Part shown: piece by piece, positions 23,935 to 37,794 of the stretch
Position numbering within the stretch: position 1 is the first letter of the stretch
Layout of the letters: every line of letters starts with the position of its first letter
DNA from: Mobula hypostoma
Lineage: Eukaryota
Length of the DNA: 64,000 nucleotides
Direction of reading: 5' to 3'
NCBI RefSeq assembly: GCF_963921235.1
Contig: NC_086108.1
Coordinates: 90,088,001-90,152,000 of the forward strand
Program-made: the position numbers and the translations under genes
The notes under the pieces: model-generated
What the model was told of the DNA's origin: nothing
Databases searched by the model: none
Seen by the model: the letters and a program-made list of their open reading frames with translations, nothing else

Positions 23935-24215
23935 CATGGACTTTTTACTCTCTTCCCATCCGGTAGGTGCTACAGAGGTTCTACCCTGAGGCTGTGACCC
24001 TGCTGAACCTCACATCACAGCGCTAAGCAGTATTGCACCCATATTGTACTGTCTCAGTACTTTTATACTTGTGTGCTGTAACACTTACTTTTTATTCGCA
24101 GTTATTTTGTAAATAACACTATTCTTCGCATTTCTGGTTAGATGCTAACTGCATTTCATTGGCTTTGTATCTGCATTTGGCACAATGACAATAAAGTTGA
24201 ATCTAATCTAATCTA
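23935..24215 (+). mobile_element. Rex1-like LINE extreme 3' end with (AATCT)n tail, adjoining old CR1 3' fragments (about 23600-23930)
   Basis: Encodes FTLFPSGRCYR and FYPEAVTLLN-like termini; ACAATAAAGTTGAATCTAATCTAATCT tail. Confidence 0.65.
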
Positions 24216-24489
24216 AATCTGCTAATCTGCTAATCTTCTGATTAGCAACAAGAGAAGGCAAGAGGGAAACCATTGGTGATTGAGAAACTGTCCTTGTTAT
24301 TTTTTGTTAGTACAGTGTGATGACCTAGCTTTGGACAATATAGCCAGGTAGGGATGTAAGTTTCAGACTGCGTATTGAAATATATTGGCATAAAAACCAT
24401 TAAATATCAAGAGCTGTATAACAAATTTACACTTCCCTGCCTTTCAGAAAGATGTTTTGGTCAGAGCGCTGACCAAAAGCTACTCCTTT

Positions 24490-24670
24490 TTAAAAGATTG
24501 TTCTAGGATCTTTTCTGCTCACCAGGAAACTGAAGGAATCTCAATTTCATATCTCATATGAATAGTGGCATTTTCAATGGTGAAATATTCCTGAACACCC
24601 TTCAGAATCATATCAGTGTCAATTCTTCTCTTTAGAGTGGGACTTGAAGCGACATACTTTAGCTTCACAA
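24490..24670 (-). mobile_element. Ancient DeuSINE/AmnSINE-like SINE relic
   Basis: GGATCTTTT..CACC..ATCTCATATGAATAGTGGCA..AGAGTGGGACTTGAA resembles the Deu domain plus B box; heavily diverged. Confidence 0.45.
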
Positions 24671-24914
24671 AACTCCCCTCAAAACCATGGCTGGCAAGTA
24701 ATATTATAGTAATGCCTTAGAGAAATTCACAGAATATTGTTGCATCTCTTTAAAAGAATTATATTCGATAAGTGCATGAAAGGTCGCAGAGAATATGTCA
24801 TCCCTATGGATTCTTGATGTATGGTATGGATGTGGTAGGCCGAAGGGCCTGCTTCTGTGCTCCATGACTCTATGACCTTAAATACACAGGAAATATAGAT
24901 CTAATACAAGCCCT

Positions 24915-25445
24915 AATTGGCCTGGTATGAAAACACCAAAGCTCTTGAATGGAAAATGCGACAAAATGTAATGGATTCAGTACATCACAGGTAAAGCCCT
25001 CCCAACCATTGAGCACATCTGCGTGAAACACTGTCATAGAAAAGCAGCATCCATCATCAAAGATCCTCACCAACCAACCCACACTCTTTTCTTGCTGCTG
25101 CCATCAGTTAGAAGGTACAAGACCCTCAGGACTTAGACCACCAGTTTCAAGAACCGTTACTACTCCTCAACCATCAGGCTCTTGAACAAAGTTGATATCT
25201 ATATTAACTTGCCATTCTTTTAGATGTTCCCACGACCAGTTATCTTACTCTAAGGATTCTTTATCTTGTTATCTATTGCTATTTATTTATATTTGTATTT
25301 GCATGGTCTGTTGTCTTCTGATCTTTCATTGATCCTGTTATGGTCACTATTCTATAGATTTGCTGAGTATGCCCGCAGGAAAATGAACCTCAGGGTTATA
25401 TATGGTGACATATATGTACTTTGATAATAACATTTACTTTGAATA
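24915..25445 (+). mobile_element. Rex1/Babar-like LINE 3' fragment
   Basis: Similar to 42650-43190. Ends GGGTTATATATGGTGACATATATGTACTTTGATAATAACATTTACTTTGAA. Confidence 0.8.
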
Positions 25446-26269
25446 GTAAGACATGTTAGATAGCCCGAATGGCCAACATCTGTGGCTAGGATTTTAAGTG
25501 AATTCTGTAACCATGACTTCCTATTCACATTCTCTTTTAGCATTAGCTAAATTTAGCAATAGCTGCATGTGGGATAAGTCTAGTGGTCATTTCTTTTGGT
25601 CATTTGTCACAGGAAGAATCACCAATAAAAGGAAACTACAAAATTAACCAGCATTATAATGGGACATGCTAGGATTCCCTTGTACCTGCTGGCATTTCAT
25701 AAGTCTTCTTAAAGCAATTTGTTTTGCAGAATTCAACTGAAAGCAAAATGCAAAATTTAGTGCAATTATGATCGGATGAATGTGCAGGACCAACCATCTA
25801 CCATCAGACACCAGACAAGATAAGAATTTTAATGATCTTTAAATTAGTATGCAATGTACTTTCATTACCTCTGTGCCCAATTATTTATTTCACGCACAGG
25901 AGAATTGGACACAGCAGTGAGTGCTCTGAAGGTAGGAACAATTCATTTCTGCAGCCTATAATTTTTAATTGAAATGATCTCACAAAAACATTTATTTTTG
26001 TGCTTGGATTCCATTCCTTCTGAAAACCAATGCTGGACTCTTACTAACTGAACCTGTAGATCTCATATCAAGGCATACATTTATATCCTGTGAGAAATAA
26101 GGTTTTCTATGCTTTTGTGCACGCACAAATTAATGCATTGCGCCGACTCATTTCAGAGCAGCCACAGCATGCATCACAGAAGGAATTTACATTTATACAG
26201 CTCATTCACAGACTCAGGAGATCCAGGAACTGTAATGTTGAACTATTGTTACTATTGCAAAATAGGTAA

Positions 26270-26550
26270 ACCATGCAGCCAATGTGCAGGCTGCAAAGTC
26301 CCAACAATCAGATAAATTGTTTTATACAGTAGGTATTGCTGGAAGGATATTTGTTAATCGGGATGTCAGAAGTGTTCTCCAAAACCTCTTCAAATGGTCA
26401 AAAGGGAGACTTGAACCCCGCAGCTTTGTTAAAGACCACATCTGAAAGATGGCAGCAGCAAGAATGCGGCCGTCTCTTTGCATTGCATAGATAATATGTC
26501 CAAATCTGACTTCCTAACATTGTGATTGAGACACAGGAGGAGCACTACTG
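26270..26550 (-). mobile_element. Ancient DeuSINE/AmnSINE-like SINE relic
   Basis: GCAGCCAAT..GCA..GCAAAGTCCCA..CTCTTCAAAT..CATCTGAAAGATGGCAGC resembles the Deu domain; heavily diverged. Confidence 0.45.
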
Positions 26551-27220
26551 ATAGATATGGGGATATCTTTAACCCTAATACTGTCTTCACCTCTAGTCTT
26601 TAATTATTAGAATATAGGCAAGCAGGTTAGGCATCGTTTGTCTTTCCTTCTATTATCCTGCTACTCACGTGGCAGAGACCTCCACCATGACGTTGAACTG
26701 TCTACAGAACTCAGCTCACACCAGAATCTTCCTGCCCTTGTAGTGGCAGATGACCTCTCCTACTGGTGACCATTGGGGCATCTGGATTGCTCAAATAAAG
26801 AGAGTCACATCCTTGCCTTCTGGCTATTGAAACCAGTCTGTCCTGGTCTCAGAGATGGGCTTCTTTGGATTTAATTCTGAGTATCCCACACTGTTGTGGA
26901 CCCAGGGACTGGCAGAATAGTTATAAACATCAAAAGAATACTCTTATGTGTCCGTGGTGTCATTCCTGCATGTGAGTCACAATATTGTTCAGCTGATCCC
27001 CAACATACAGCTTATATCCCTGGCTATCCTGGAGTTGTGGGATCATCAAGGTAGATTTCTCAAAGCCCAAGATAGAAACTTTGAAGCTGAAACCACACCA
27101 TACTGTATTACCCTGCTGGTTTTGATTCTACACTGATTACTTTCATCCCATGGAGCATTTTTTTTTGTTTGTGATTTGGGACAGAGATAACAGCACAATT
27201 CAATTGGCATTAGTAATTTC

Positions 27221-28231
27221 CACTGGATACAACAACAAAAACAAACTGAGATCTTATTAATATAAAGTATAAACTGGTACAGGAAATGAAGAAATGCTAT
27301 TAGTGACCCCAGAAGAAGTTGGGGGTTAAATACTTGCTATTAGTGAAATTACAGAATCTTGAGCCCAATACTTCTGTCACTTTTCTTCCTCTCTGATTTG
27401 TCATTGAATGACCTGGTGCACTTAAGTTACACTAGCCATTTTTTTTCAAAAGTGTTGCTTCCTCAGAATTTTGTATTATTTATGATAGACCACTTGAAGC
27501 AGAACACAAATAAAATTTCAGGCTACTTGTATCACATAGGAATTTGGAGAAATAAGAAATTAGCTTTTATTGGATATAATACATTTAATTGCATTACGGT
27601 CCTGATGCTTTGCAATAGTTCAACTAAGCTAAAGACGTTTTGTTGATTATTTTCATTTGTATTCAGTGTCTGAGGCTTCTCGCTTAAGTGTCCAACAATA
27701 ATCAGCCAGTATTGATGGATTCCAGTTGCCCTAATACAGTTTCTCCATGACCACAATGTCCTGGTGAAACCTTTCACCATGCTCATCATTGATAGCGCCA
27801 AGATTTGCAGGGAAGAAGTCTAAATGGGATTGCAGAAAATGAACCTTTAGTGATTCTTGCACTTCATGATTTTGTATGCCTGAAGTATTTTGTCAACCAG
27901 CTGCATGCAGTTTGGAGCTCAGTAGCTGCAAGAAAATTTTCAACAACATCCTTGAGTGCCTTCCATGCAATTTTCTCCGGTCCCATTAGAAGTTCTTCAA
28001 ATTGCCTGTCACTGATGACCTGTTTGATTTGTAGAACAACAAAAATGCCTTCCTTAATCTTGTCATAAGTTATTCTAATTTGAATTGTGAATTGAAATAA
28101 CAAATATAGGCGATTTCGAAATAAAAGGTGAGTGATAGGGAAATTTCTTGGTGATTTATTATGATCAACTGCCCAAAATCTGTAAGATACACTCAAAAAT
28201 ATACAAAAAGCAAAATCTTTGTTGTCCAGTG
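27221..28231 (-). mobile_element. Internally deleted DNA transposon, Chapaev3-like (CMC group)
   Basis: Termini CACTGGATACAAC / GTTGTCCAGTG followed by TTA. Minus-strand transposase remnants KIKEGIFV.LQIKQVI.DRQFEELL.GPEKIAWKALKDVVENFL and DEHGERFHQDI.VMEK...G.WNPSILADYCWTLKR. Superfamily assigned from memory of these motifs. Confidence 0.6.
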
Positions 28232-30224
28232 TTATTAAAGCAGCTGAAAACTTACCCAGGTACTGCTGTTTACCACTTGCTAGGTTCGCCAGCCAGTGAA
28301 CCTTGGGCAGGACCACATCAGTTTCAGGACCATCTGGAGCAGAACCAGCCACTTACTAGAGTCAATCTCGTGATTAGCATGAAACTGGCCTTCCTTCGGA
28401 GGACAGAGCTCCAAACCACACTGGTCCAATAGCAACAATCAATGCGCTCAGGTAGCTTATTACTCATAGAAGATCTGATCACATACTTTAAATAGGGGGA
28501 GGGGACACAACGATAATCCCTGTAAATGTTATACAGTGCTAAAACAAGAATCTCTCCTAAATAATAATATTCTGGTAAAGTCTGTTATTAAGAATTAAAA
28601 GTTCCAAGCCTAAGTTTTGCAAAATGCTAAACTCAAACTTCTTTCCAAATCAGTTTTGTTAATGAGAGCAACAATGTAATAATAACACAGAATTCAATAA
28701 AAATGAACTCCATGACATTGCAAATCAATACCAAATATCAAAACCAGTCCTGCCAAATGGTCTTTGCCCGAAACGTTAACTGTACTTTTTTCCATAGATG
28801 CTGCCTGACCTGCTGAGTTCCTCCAGGATTTTGTGTGTGTTGTTTGGATTTCCAGTATCTGTAGGTTTTCAATTGTTTGTAGTTTTCTTAAACAATGTTT
28901 GAGAGTGTCAGGAGCTAAGTTTAATGCACTGGGACTGGTATTGCACAAGAAAATATTTGTATGAAAATTATTTGAGGACATATTAATAGCAATTATATAT
29001 GGATAATTGATCTTTTTTTGTAAAATTGAACATTAAGAATTTAAACATTGGTTTGTTAAGGATACTTATACTGAGGATCAATGCCATAATATAGGTCTAT
29101 TCATAAAATAAAAGAATATAGAAATGTACATTGCAATCCATCTTCCATATTTTTCGATTAGTCCCTTTATTTTAACAGTTAAACCTGAAGAAGAAAATTC
29201 AGTATGTGAGCTGGTGAAAAATTACAGTTATGTATCAACCATCTATTATAACCTACGCAATTTTTCTTTTCAAAGTAACATCCTGAACTCAGCATCAACT
29301 GACATGCATGGGAATCTTACCGTCAGAACCCTTGACCTGTGCCATATAAACCCAGCAGATTTTATTTAATTAACATTAATCTAATCATTCAATAATTAGC
29401 ATTTTTGATATGTTAGAATATATGTCTAATCTCTTTGCAATCCTTTCATTCTTTGGTGAAGGCATATATAATGAAAATATTGGAAAATTGAGGTGGGTAA
29501 AAATACGAGCTATATTGTAAGCAGTAAGAGTTTTATTTCCTGGTTTCCAATATTTTGTATTATCTTCAATACCACAGAAGCTTGCTCCTCAATTTAAAAT
29601 TGCTGAAGTAATAGTAGGGAGATACGTTTCCTAAATCCATTAAGATGAAAAAGTTGTCCAGGAGTTCCAGTAGAAATACTGTTGAAACAACCACTGTGCA
29701 CAATGTTCAGATCCAGAAATTAATAACAAGTTTGACATTTTCACCCATGAACAGTTTTCACTAATGTAGCACTCCTCCACAAGTAACACTCTTCTGCAGC
29801 CTCCTCTGAAATATTCACAGAAAGAAAAAAAACAGTAAATTAGTAAAAACTACAGTGACTTGCAAACTCATCCTTCTATAGAACATGCTAGAAATATTCT
29901 TTTATTGCATTTTATTGCATTATTCTTTTATTCATTCTTTTATCAATGGTGCATTAATATATAACCCTATGGTTCAAGAAATAATTTGTGTATGTGGATT
30001 TTAACTCCCTCATGTAAATATTTCCAAATATATTTTAGAGATTGGTAACTTATTTATTATTGTCATATGTACCAAGATACAGTGAGAAACTTTGATTTGC
30101 ATTCCATGCCTATAGGTAATTTCAGAATGAATGTACATTGATATGGACCAAGGGAAAAGCAATAAGAGAATGCACAAATGCAGGGTTACAGATACAGGAA
30201 AAGCCCAGTGCAGATAGATAATAA

Positions 30225-30950
30225 GGTACCAGAGGTTTCTGTATCTGGTGCTCCACTGTGGTCTCCTCTACATCGCTGAGACCCAATGTAGATTGGCACA
30301 CTGCTTCATTGAACAGCTTCACTCTGTCCGCAGCAGGCAGGATTTTAATTAACTATTTTAATTCTAGTCCCCATTCCCATTCCCACCCAAGGCCTCCACT
30401 ACTACTACGATGAGGCCAGTCTCAGGTTGGAGGAACAACACATCGTATTCTGTCCGGGTAGCATCCAATCTGGTGGCATGGACATTGATTTCTCTAGTTT
30501 CTGGTAATTTCTCCCCTCCCTCCCTTCTCTCATCTTTCCTTTCCACATTTTAGATCCCCCCTTGCCCCTTCTCTTCTCCTCAGTTGCATTATCACCTCCC
30601 TTTGGTGCTCCTTCTCCTTCCCTTTCTCCCATGGTTCACTCTCCACTCCTATCAGATTCTATTTTCTTCAGCCCTCTTACCTTTTCCATCTATCATCACT
30701 CTCAACTTCTCATTCTTACCCCTCCCCCACCCACTTACCTTCCCCCGGACCTAGCCTCACCTACCAACTCCTAGCTTGTACTCCTTCTCCAACACGGACC
30801 ACCCCCCCCCCCCCCGACCTTCTTATTCTGGCTTCTTCTCCTTTTCCTTACAGTGCCGATGAAAGTCTCAGCCCTAAATGTCAACTCTTTATTCCTCTCA
30901 ATAACTGCTGCCTGGCCTGCTGAGTTCCTCCAGCATTGTGTGTGTGTTTC
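30225..30950 (+). mobile_element. Penelope-like element 3' part: GIY-YIG endonuclease remnant plus pLTR with decayed hammerhead
   Basis: Encodes CGLLYIAETQCRLAHCFIEQLHSVR and GLHYYYDEASLRLEEQHIVFCPGSIQSGGMDIDFSSFW*, then a pyrimidine-rich tract, CCGATGAAAGTCTCAGCCCTAAATGTC and the GCTGAGTTCCTCCAGCATT end. Confidence 0.85.
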
Positions 30951-31254
30951 TCAAGGTACACTGTGAAGTCAGGCATTCAGCATACAAGAGATCCAGTCAA
31001 TCATCTTATAACAGTGAGTTCGTAGCTATCCTTTTAACACCAAAGTTCAGATATTTTATTCTTAAAACATATTCAGAGCCACAAGAGACTGCAGATGCTG
31101 GAACCTGGAGCAATAAACAAGCGTTGGAAAAAACTTGGTGGGTCAGGCAACATCTGTGGAAGGAAATAGCAGTCAACGTTTCGAGTTTAACCCCTTCAGG
31201 CTTGATGGGTGATACTAGATGAGCAAATACCAGGAGAAGAGAGGAGACTAAGCT

Positions 31255-34200
31255 GTTAGTGCAGGGTTCCCCGTTGCCATGTCCCTCAGCAACAAGTATA
31301 CCCCTTTCGTTATTGCTGGTGGAGGGTGGTGGTGGAGATGACCTATCAGGGTACAGCAGCAGCAGTCAGGCCAATGGCACTATGATTGGGTCTGAAGCTT
31401 AGCAAGGAAGTGTAAAGTCAGGCAGAGTCATAGTGATGGGGGGGTGGGGGGGAACAGACAGCAGATTCCGTGGCCCTGAAAGAAAAGCCAGTATGATGTG
31501 TGCAAGGCTTCATTATGTCTCAAGAGGGAGGATGAGCAGCCAGATGTTGTGGTGTACATTGGCACCAATGACATAAGTAGAAAATGGAAAGAGGTCCTGC
31601 ACAGTGAGTATAGAGGGTTAGGGAAAAGGCTGAAGGATAAGGTTTGTTCCCAGTGACATGTGATAGTCAGGGCAGGAACAGGACCATAGTACAAATGAAT
31701 GGATGGCTGAGGAACTGGGGCAGGGGGCAGGGTTTCAGATATGTGGGTCACTAGGATCTCTTTTAGGGATTGTTTCTCCTGTGCAAAAAGTATGGGTTTG
31801 GCTGAACCTGAGTGGATCAATAACCTTGCAGGTGGGTTTGTCAGGGCTGTTGGGTAGGGCTTAAACTAATTTGGCAGGGAGATGAGGTCTAGAGTTATAG
31901 AGCTGAGGATGGGGCAATTGGTATACAAGTAGATACAGCGTTTAGTGAGACTGTGATGACGGACAGGCAGATGACAGAGCATAATTACTGTCCATGGGAA
32001 AAGATAAGGTGTGACCTGGGGATAAAATCGAAAATGGGGATGAACACAGGACTGGAGATATTATATTTAAATGTGCACATTACAGAGCATTTGTAGCAGA
32101 GTTGAAGATTTACAAATATGATGTTGTGGGCATCACTGAGTCTTTGCTGCAAAAGCATCATAGTTGGGAGCTTAACACCCAAGGATTCACCTTGTATCAA
32201 AAGGACAGGCATGTAGGCAGAGGGGGTGGGGTGTCTCTGTTGGTGTAAGATGAAATCAAATCCTTAAAAATGGTTTTAACCAAATCCTTAAAATAAATTT
32301 CTTAACTCTGCCCACAAGGATTCTACCTCTTCTGATCCTGGATCGGAAGAGATAGAATCCTTGTGGGTGGAGTGAAGAAACCACAAGGGTTAAAAGACCC
32401 AAATTGGAGCTATAGACAGGCCTCTGAGCAGTAGCCAGGATGTGGAATATAAATTACAGTGAGAGAGAGAAAAGGAATGTAATAGGCCAATGTTATGATA
32501 CCCATGGGTAATTTCAATATGCGAGTAGACTGGCAAAATCAGATTGGTTCTGGATCCAAGAGAAGGAATTTGTAGAATGCCTACAAGATGACTTTTTGGA
32601 GCAACTTCTGGTTGAGTACACTAGTATTGGATATTGAATAATGAACCAGATTTGATTAAGGAGCTTAAGGTAAAGGAAATCTTAGGAAAGATATGATATG
32701 ATAGAATTCATTCTGCAGTTTGAGAGGGACAAAATAATGTCAAATGTATCAGTATTACAGTAGAGTAAAGGGAATTACAGAGGCATGAGAGGGGAGCTAG
32801 CCAAAGTTGATTGAAAGGGAATACCTGCAGGGGCGGCAGCTGAATAACAATGGCTAGAACGTCTGGAGGCAATTCCGAAGGTGCAGGATAGATACATCCC
32901 AAAGATGAAGGAGTATCTATAGATGGCAGAGGGTATATAATGTAGCAAAAATTAGTAGGAAACTAAAGGTTTGGGTAGCTTTTAAAAACCAACAGAAAGC
33001 AACTAAAAAGCCATAAGGAGAGAAAAGATGAAATATGAAGGTAAGGTAGCCAATGATATAAAAGAAGACACTAAATTATTTTTCTTTTAGATACATGAAG
33101 CGTAAAAGAGCAGTGAGACTTGATATTGGACCCTTAGATGTTGAGGCTGGAGAGGTAGTAATAGAGGACAAAGAAATAACCGACAAACTTAATAAATATT
33201 TTGCATCAGTCTTCACAGTGGGAGATACTAGCAGTATGCCAGAAATTCAAGAGCGTCGGGACAGGTGTGGGTGTAGTTACTATTACTAAGGAAAAGGTGT
33301 TTGGGAACCTGAAATGTCTGGATGTAGATAAATTACCTGGACCAGATGGACTACACTACAAAATTCTGGAAGACGTAGATGAAGAGATTGTGGAGGCTTT
33401 AGTCATGATCTTTCAAGAATCACCAGATTCTGGAATGGTTCCGGAGGACTGGAAAATTGCAAATGTCACTCTACTCATCAAGAAGGGAGGGAGGTAGAAG
33501 AAAGGAAATTATAGGCCAGTTAGCCTGACATCAATGGTTGAGAAAATGATGAGGTTTCGGGATTTTTGAGGCACACAATAAAATAAACCAAAGTCAGCAT
33601 GGTCTGCCTTACAAATCTGTTGGAATTTTTTGAGGAAATAACAGGCAGGAGAGAAAAAGGAGAATCAGTGGATGTTGTTTATTTGGATTTTCAGAAGGCC
33701 TTTGATAAGGTGCCATAAGGTTGCTTAACAAGATAAGAGCCCATGGTATTATTACTGGAAAGGTACTAGCAAGGACAGAAAATTAGCTGACTGGCAGGAG
33801 GCAAAGATTAGGAATACAAGGTGCCTACTTTGGTTGGTTGCCAGTGACTAGTGATTTTCCGCAGGAATTGGTATTTTCACATTATATGCCTCCAATCTGG
33901 ATGATGGAATTGATGGCATTGTGGCCAAGTTTGCAGATGATACAAAGATAGATCAAGGGGCATATAGAAGGACTTAGACAGATTGAGACAATGGGCAAAG
34001 AAATGGCAGATGGAATATAGTGTAGGGAATTGCATGATCATGCACTTTGGTAGAAGGGATAAAGAAGGAGACTATTTTCCCAAACAAAGAGAAAATTCAA
34101 AAATCAGAGGTGCAAAGGGATTTGGGAGTCCTCGCAGAGGATTCCCTCAGTGTTAGTTTGCTGGTTGAGTCCAAGGTAAGGAAGGCAACTGCAAAGTTAG

Positions 34201-34830
34201 AATTCATTTCAAGAGGACTGGAATATAAGAGCAAGGATGTGATACCGAGGCTTTATAAAGCATTGACCTGACTGCATGGAGTATTGTGAGCAGTTCTGGG
34301 CCCTTTCTCTCAGAAAAAAATGTGCTGGCATTGGAGAGGATCCAGAAACGGTTCACAAGAATGATTCCAGGAATGAAATAGTAAATACATGAGGAGCTTT
34401 CGATGGCTCTGGACCTGCACCCACTGGAGTTTGGAAGAATGAGAAGGGGATCTCTTTGAAACCTATCAAATATTGAGAGGCCTACATAGAGTGGATGTGG
34501 AGAGGTTGAATCCTATAGCAGGTGAGAATAGGACCAGAAGGTATAGCTTCAGAATAGAAGCCAAGCATTTAGATCAGAGAAGAGGAGGAATTTCTTTAGC
34601 CAGAGGGTGGTGAATTTTTGGAATTCATTGCCATGGACAGCTGTGGAGGTCAAGTCATTGGGTATATTTAAAGCAGAAGTTGATAATTTCTTGATTAATT
34701 AGGGCATTAAAGGTCATGAGTCAAGGCAGGAGAATGGATTTGAGAGGGATAATAAATCAGCCATGATGGAATGGCAAAGCAGACACAATGAGCTGAGTAG
34801 CCTAATTATGGTCTTATGTCTTATGGTCTT
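31255..34830 (+). mobile_element. Near-full-length degenerate CR1 LINE (esterase-type ORF1, ORF2 APE-RT, 3' tail)
   Basis: ORF1 EQPDVVVYIGTNDISRK (SGNH-esterase GxND block). ORF2 YDVVGITESLL, LNKYFASVFT, PGPDGLH, VPEDWKIANVT, VYLDFQKAFDKVP, KFADDTKI. Tail ATGGTCTTATGTCTTATGGTCTT. Confidence 0.92.
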
Positions 34831-35904
34831 AGGTATTATCAGGACTTATGATATATCTGCTTCTAACTTTTACATATGTAAGTTCTAATTTTTATTTGGT
34901 AACCCTTTAAATGTCAAAAATATTAGCTAATAGCTATTTCTTTTCCCTGCCTGGCTTGTTGTTTGTGAGAACATGACTGGCTACTCAGCCAGCATTCATT
35001 GAAGGATCCCTTTGAAGTAATGACTGACAGCAACCAACATCAGAAACGGTGAAGCTCGCAGCACAGAGAACGCTGGGTGTTTGCTCATCACTTTCCTCAA
35101 GGCCAACAGTGACTGAATCATTTTGACTCTGATCACAGGAGCCAATTTGATGCTGCAATTCAGTGGTTCTAAAAAAAAATCATGTGAATAATCTATTATT
35201 TTTAAACCTATATAAAATCTCTGTCCATCATTCATTTTATCTACCATGCTGGATCAAGCATGACATCTTTGGTATCACAACTGCAATCATGCAACTGATT
35301 GGTTTCCCTTTAAGGAATATGAGCTATGAATCAATCATTTCTAAATTCACAAAGAATATGTGATTCAGGTATGAGGAAAGGCTATCAAGGAAGAGCGAGT
35401 AATAAATTCTTCAATGAAGTAGAGAACAATTCAATAAATGAATAATACAGAAGCACTAACTCCTTTACATATCATGCCCCTGTTTGCACATAGAAGTTCT
35501 GAAATTAACTGTTGTTGTAAAGACAAACAAGAGAAAATCTGAAGATGCTGGAAGTCTAAGGAAAACACACAAAATGCTGGAGGAAGATGCAGCAGGCCAG
35601 GCAGTATCTATAGGAAAGAGTAAACAGTCGATGTTTCAGGCCAAGACCCTTCAGCATGTTGTCTAGTGCCATGAAAGGTGCTGTTGCTGACTCTGAAACC
35701 TGAAGTTATTCTTATTCAAATGCAGATGTAATTACTACATGCATATCGAAACATACAGTAAAATGGAGCTACAAACAAAATTTTTAACATTTTATAATAT
35801 TATTTCCAGCAAGGTCAAACATTTTGGCCCATTTCACATTCAAGGAATTTTACCTTTTTTTAAAAGAGCAACGTGGCAGAAAAAAATATATATATAAAAT
35901 TATG

Positions 35905-36380
35905 TTTGATGTGGAAGCTTCAGAGTGGTCGCAGAGAAGATTTACCAGGATGCTGTCTGGATTAGAAAGAATATTATATGATGAGCAAGCTGGGGCTTTT
36001 CTCTTTGGAGTGAAGGAGGATGATAGAGGAATGAAAGATGATAAGAGGAACAGATCCAGGGATAGCAGAGACTTTTTTTCCAGGGTGGAAATGCCTAATC
36101 TGAGTGGGTGTAATTTTAAGGTAATTGGAAGAAAATATAGGAGGGATGCCAGAGGAAAATCTTTTACACGGAACTTAGTGAATGCATGGAAGGTGCTGAC
36201 AAAGGGTGGTAGTAGAAGCAGATACATTAGGGACATTTATGAGACTCTTAGATATGCACATGGATGATAGAAAAATGGAGGGCTATATAGGAAGGGAGTG
36301 GTAGATCTTAGAGTAGGTTAAAAGATTGGCACAAGATCATGGACTGAAGGGCCTGTACTATGCTGTCATGTTCTATGTAG
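35905..36380 (+). mobile_element. CR1 LINE 3' fragment
   Basis: QRRFTRMLSGLE..FKVIGRKYRRDARGKSFTRNLVNAW; tail GAAGGGCCTGTACTATGCTGT..TGTTCTATGT. Confidence 0.85.
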
Positions 36381-37309
36381 AATTCTTGATCTAATGAACT
36401 TTCTTCATTGCTGTTTTAATTCAATGTTTTAAAACTTTGAAAGCAGATACATTTAAAATATACTTTAACCATATTCTGACATTAAGAACACCTTTTCGCC
36501 AAAGAAACTTTTATAAGTATCGTTCAATAATAATTACTAATTATACTTCACGGACTATGGTGTCATGGGTCCATGAACTGCAGCACAGACCCAGCCCTTT
36601 TGGCCCACTGAGTCTTATAAACAAGCATCAAATTACTTTCATCTTCCCTTAATCCTTTTTAATTCTCCCATGTTCCCATCAGTCAGCCCAGATGAAGGAA
36701 CTCAACCCAAAATATTGACTGCCTCCATCCCTCTACTAATGTTCCCTGAGTTCCTCCAGCAGTTTTTTTTTCATTCTGTACTGCAGCATCTGCAATCTCT
36801 TATGTCTGCCATCAGCTCAACCCAGACGCCACCACTCAGCTACACATTGGGGGCAATTGACTGCCACCAATTAACCTGCCAATCCGCATGTCCTGGGGAT
36901 GCACATGCAAACTCCACACAGACAGCAGCTGAGGTCAGCATTACACCTGGGACGCTAAACCAACACAGCTAATCATAGCAGCTGAATAACACATTGTGTC
37001 ATGAGATCCCTGGTAATTTCTGGTCTTTATTTAAGCAAACCATATTTTTGACTGGTGTTATGTAACTGTGTCTGAGACGTGCTGGTAAAAATGATACATT
37101 TGGCTATTTGAACAAATTAACTCTGCAGCTGTCTCAGATATTACTTGAGAAGATTTCAGCAGAACATATATCTTAATATCATTTTTATATGCATATTCAA
37201 ATTGGTTGCAATTAAATTGTTTATTGTCATTTATAATGAGCTAGTAACATGAAATTGCATTGATACAATTTTCTAAAGTGCTTTAAGTTCTGTTCCCTAA
37301 ATACAAGTA

Positions 37310-37794
37310 TACCCAGTGGCTATTTTATTAACTGCACCTGTACACCTGCTTGTTAATGTAAATATCTAATTACCAAATACCAAACATGTAGCAGTAACTC
37401 AATGCATTAAAGCATGCAGACATTGTCAAGAGGTTCATTTTTTTTTTTGTTTAGACCAAACATCAGAATGTAGAAGAAATGTGATCTCAGTGATCCTGAC
37501 CATTGAATGATTGTTGGTGCCTGACAAGATGATTTGAGTATCTCAGAATCTGCTGATCTCCTAGAGTGGTGTGAAAAACAAACATTTTTCTGTGGGCAAA
37601 AAAAATGCCTTGTAAATGAGAGAGTTCAGAGGAGAATGGCCAGCCTGGTTCAAGTTGACAGGAAGGCGGCAATAATTCAAATAACCCTGCATTACAACAG
37701 TGGTGTGCAGAAGAGCATCTCCAAGCGCACAACACTTTGAACCTTAGAGCAGCAGAAGATCATGAGGAGGTACCTAACAAGTGAACACTGAGTG
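37310..37794 (+). mobile_element. Internally deleted Tc1-family DNA transposon
   Basis: TA-flanked imperfect TIRs (TACCCAGTGGCTATTTTATT / AACAAGTGAACACTGAGTG). Transposase N-terminal remnant SISESADLL..WCEKQ..KCLVNERVQRRMASLVQVDRKA..QITLHYNSGVQKSISKRTT. Confidence 0.8.
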
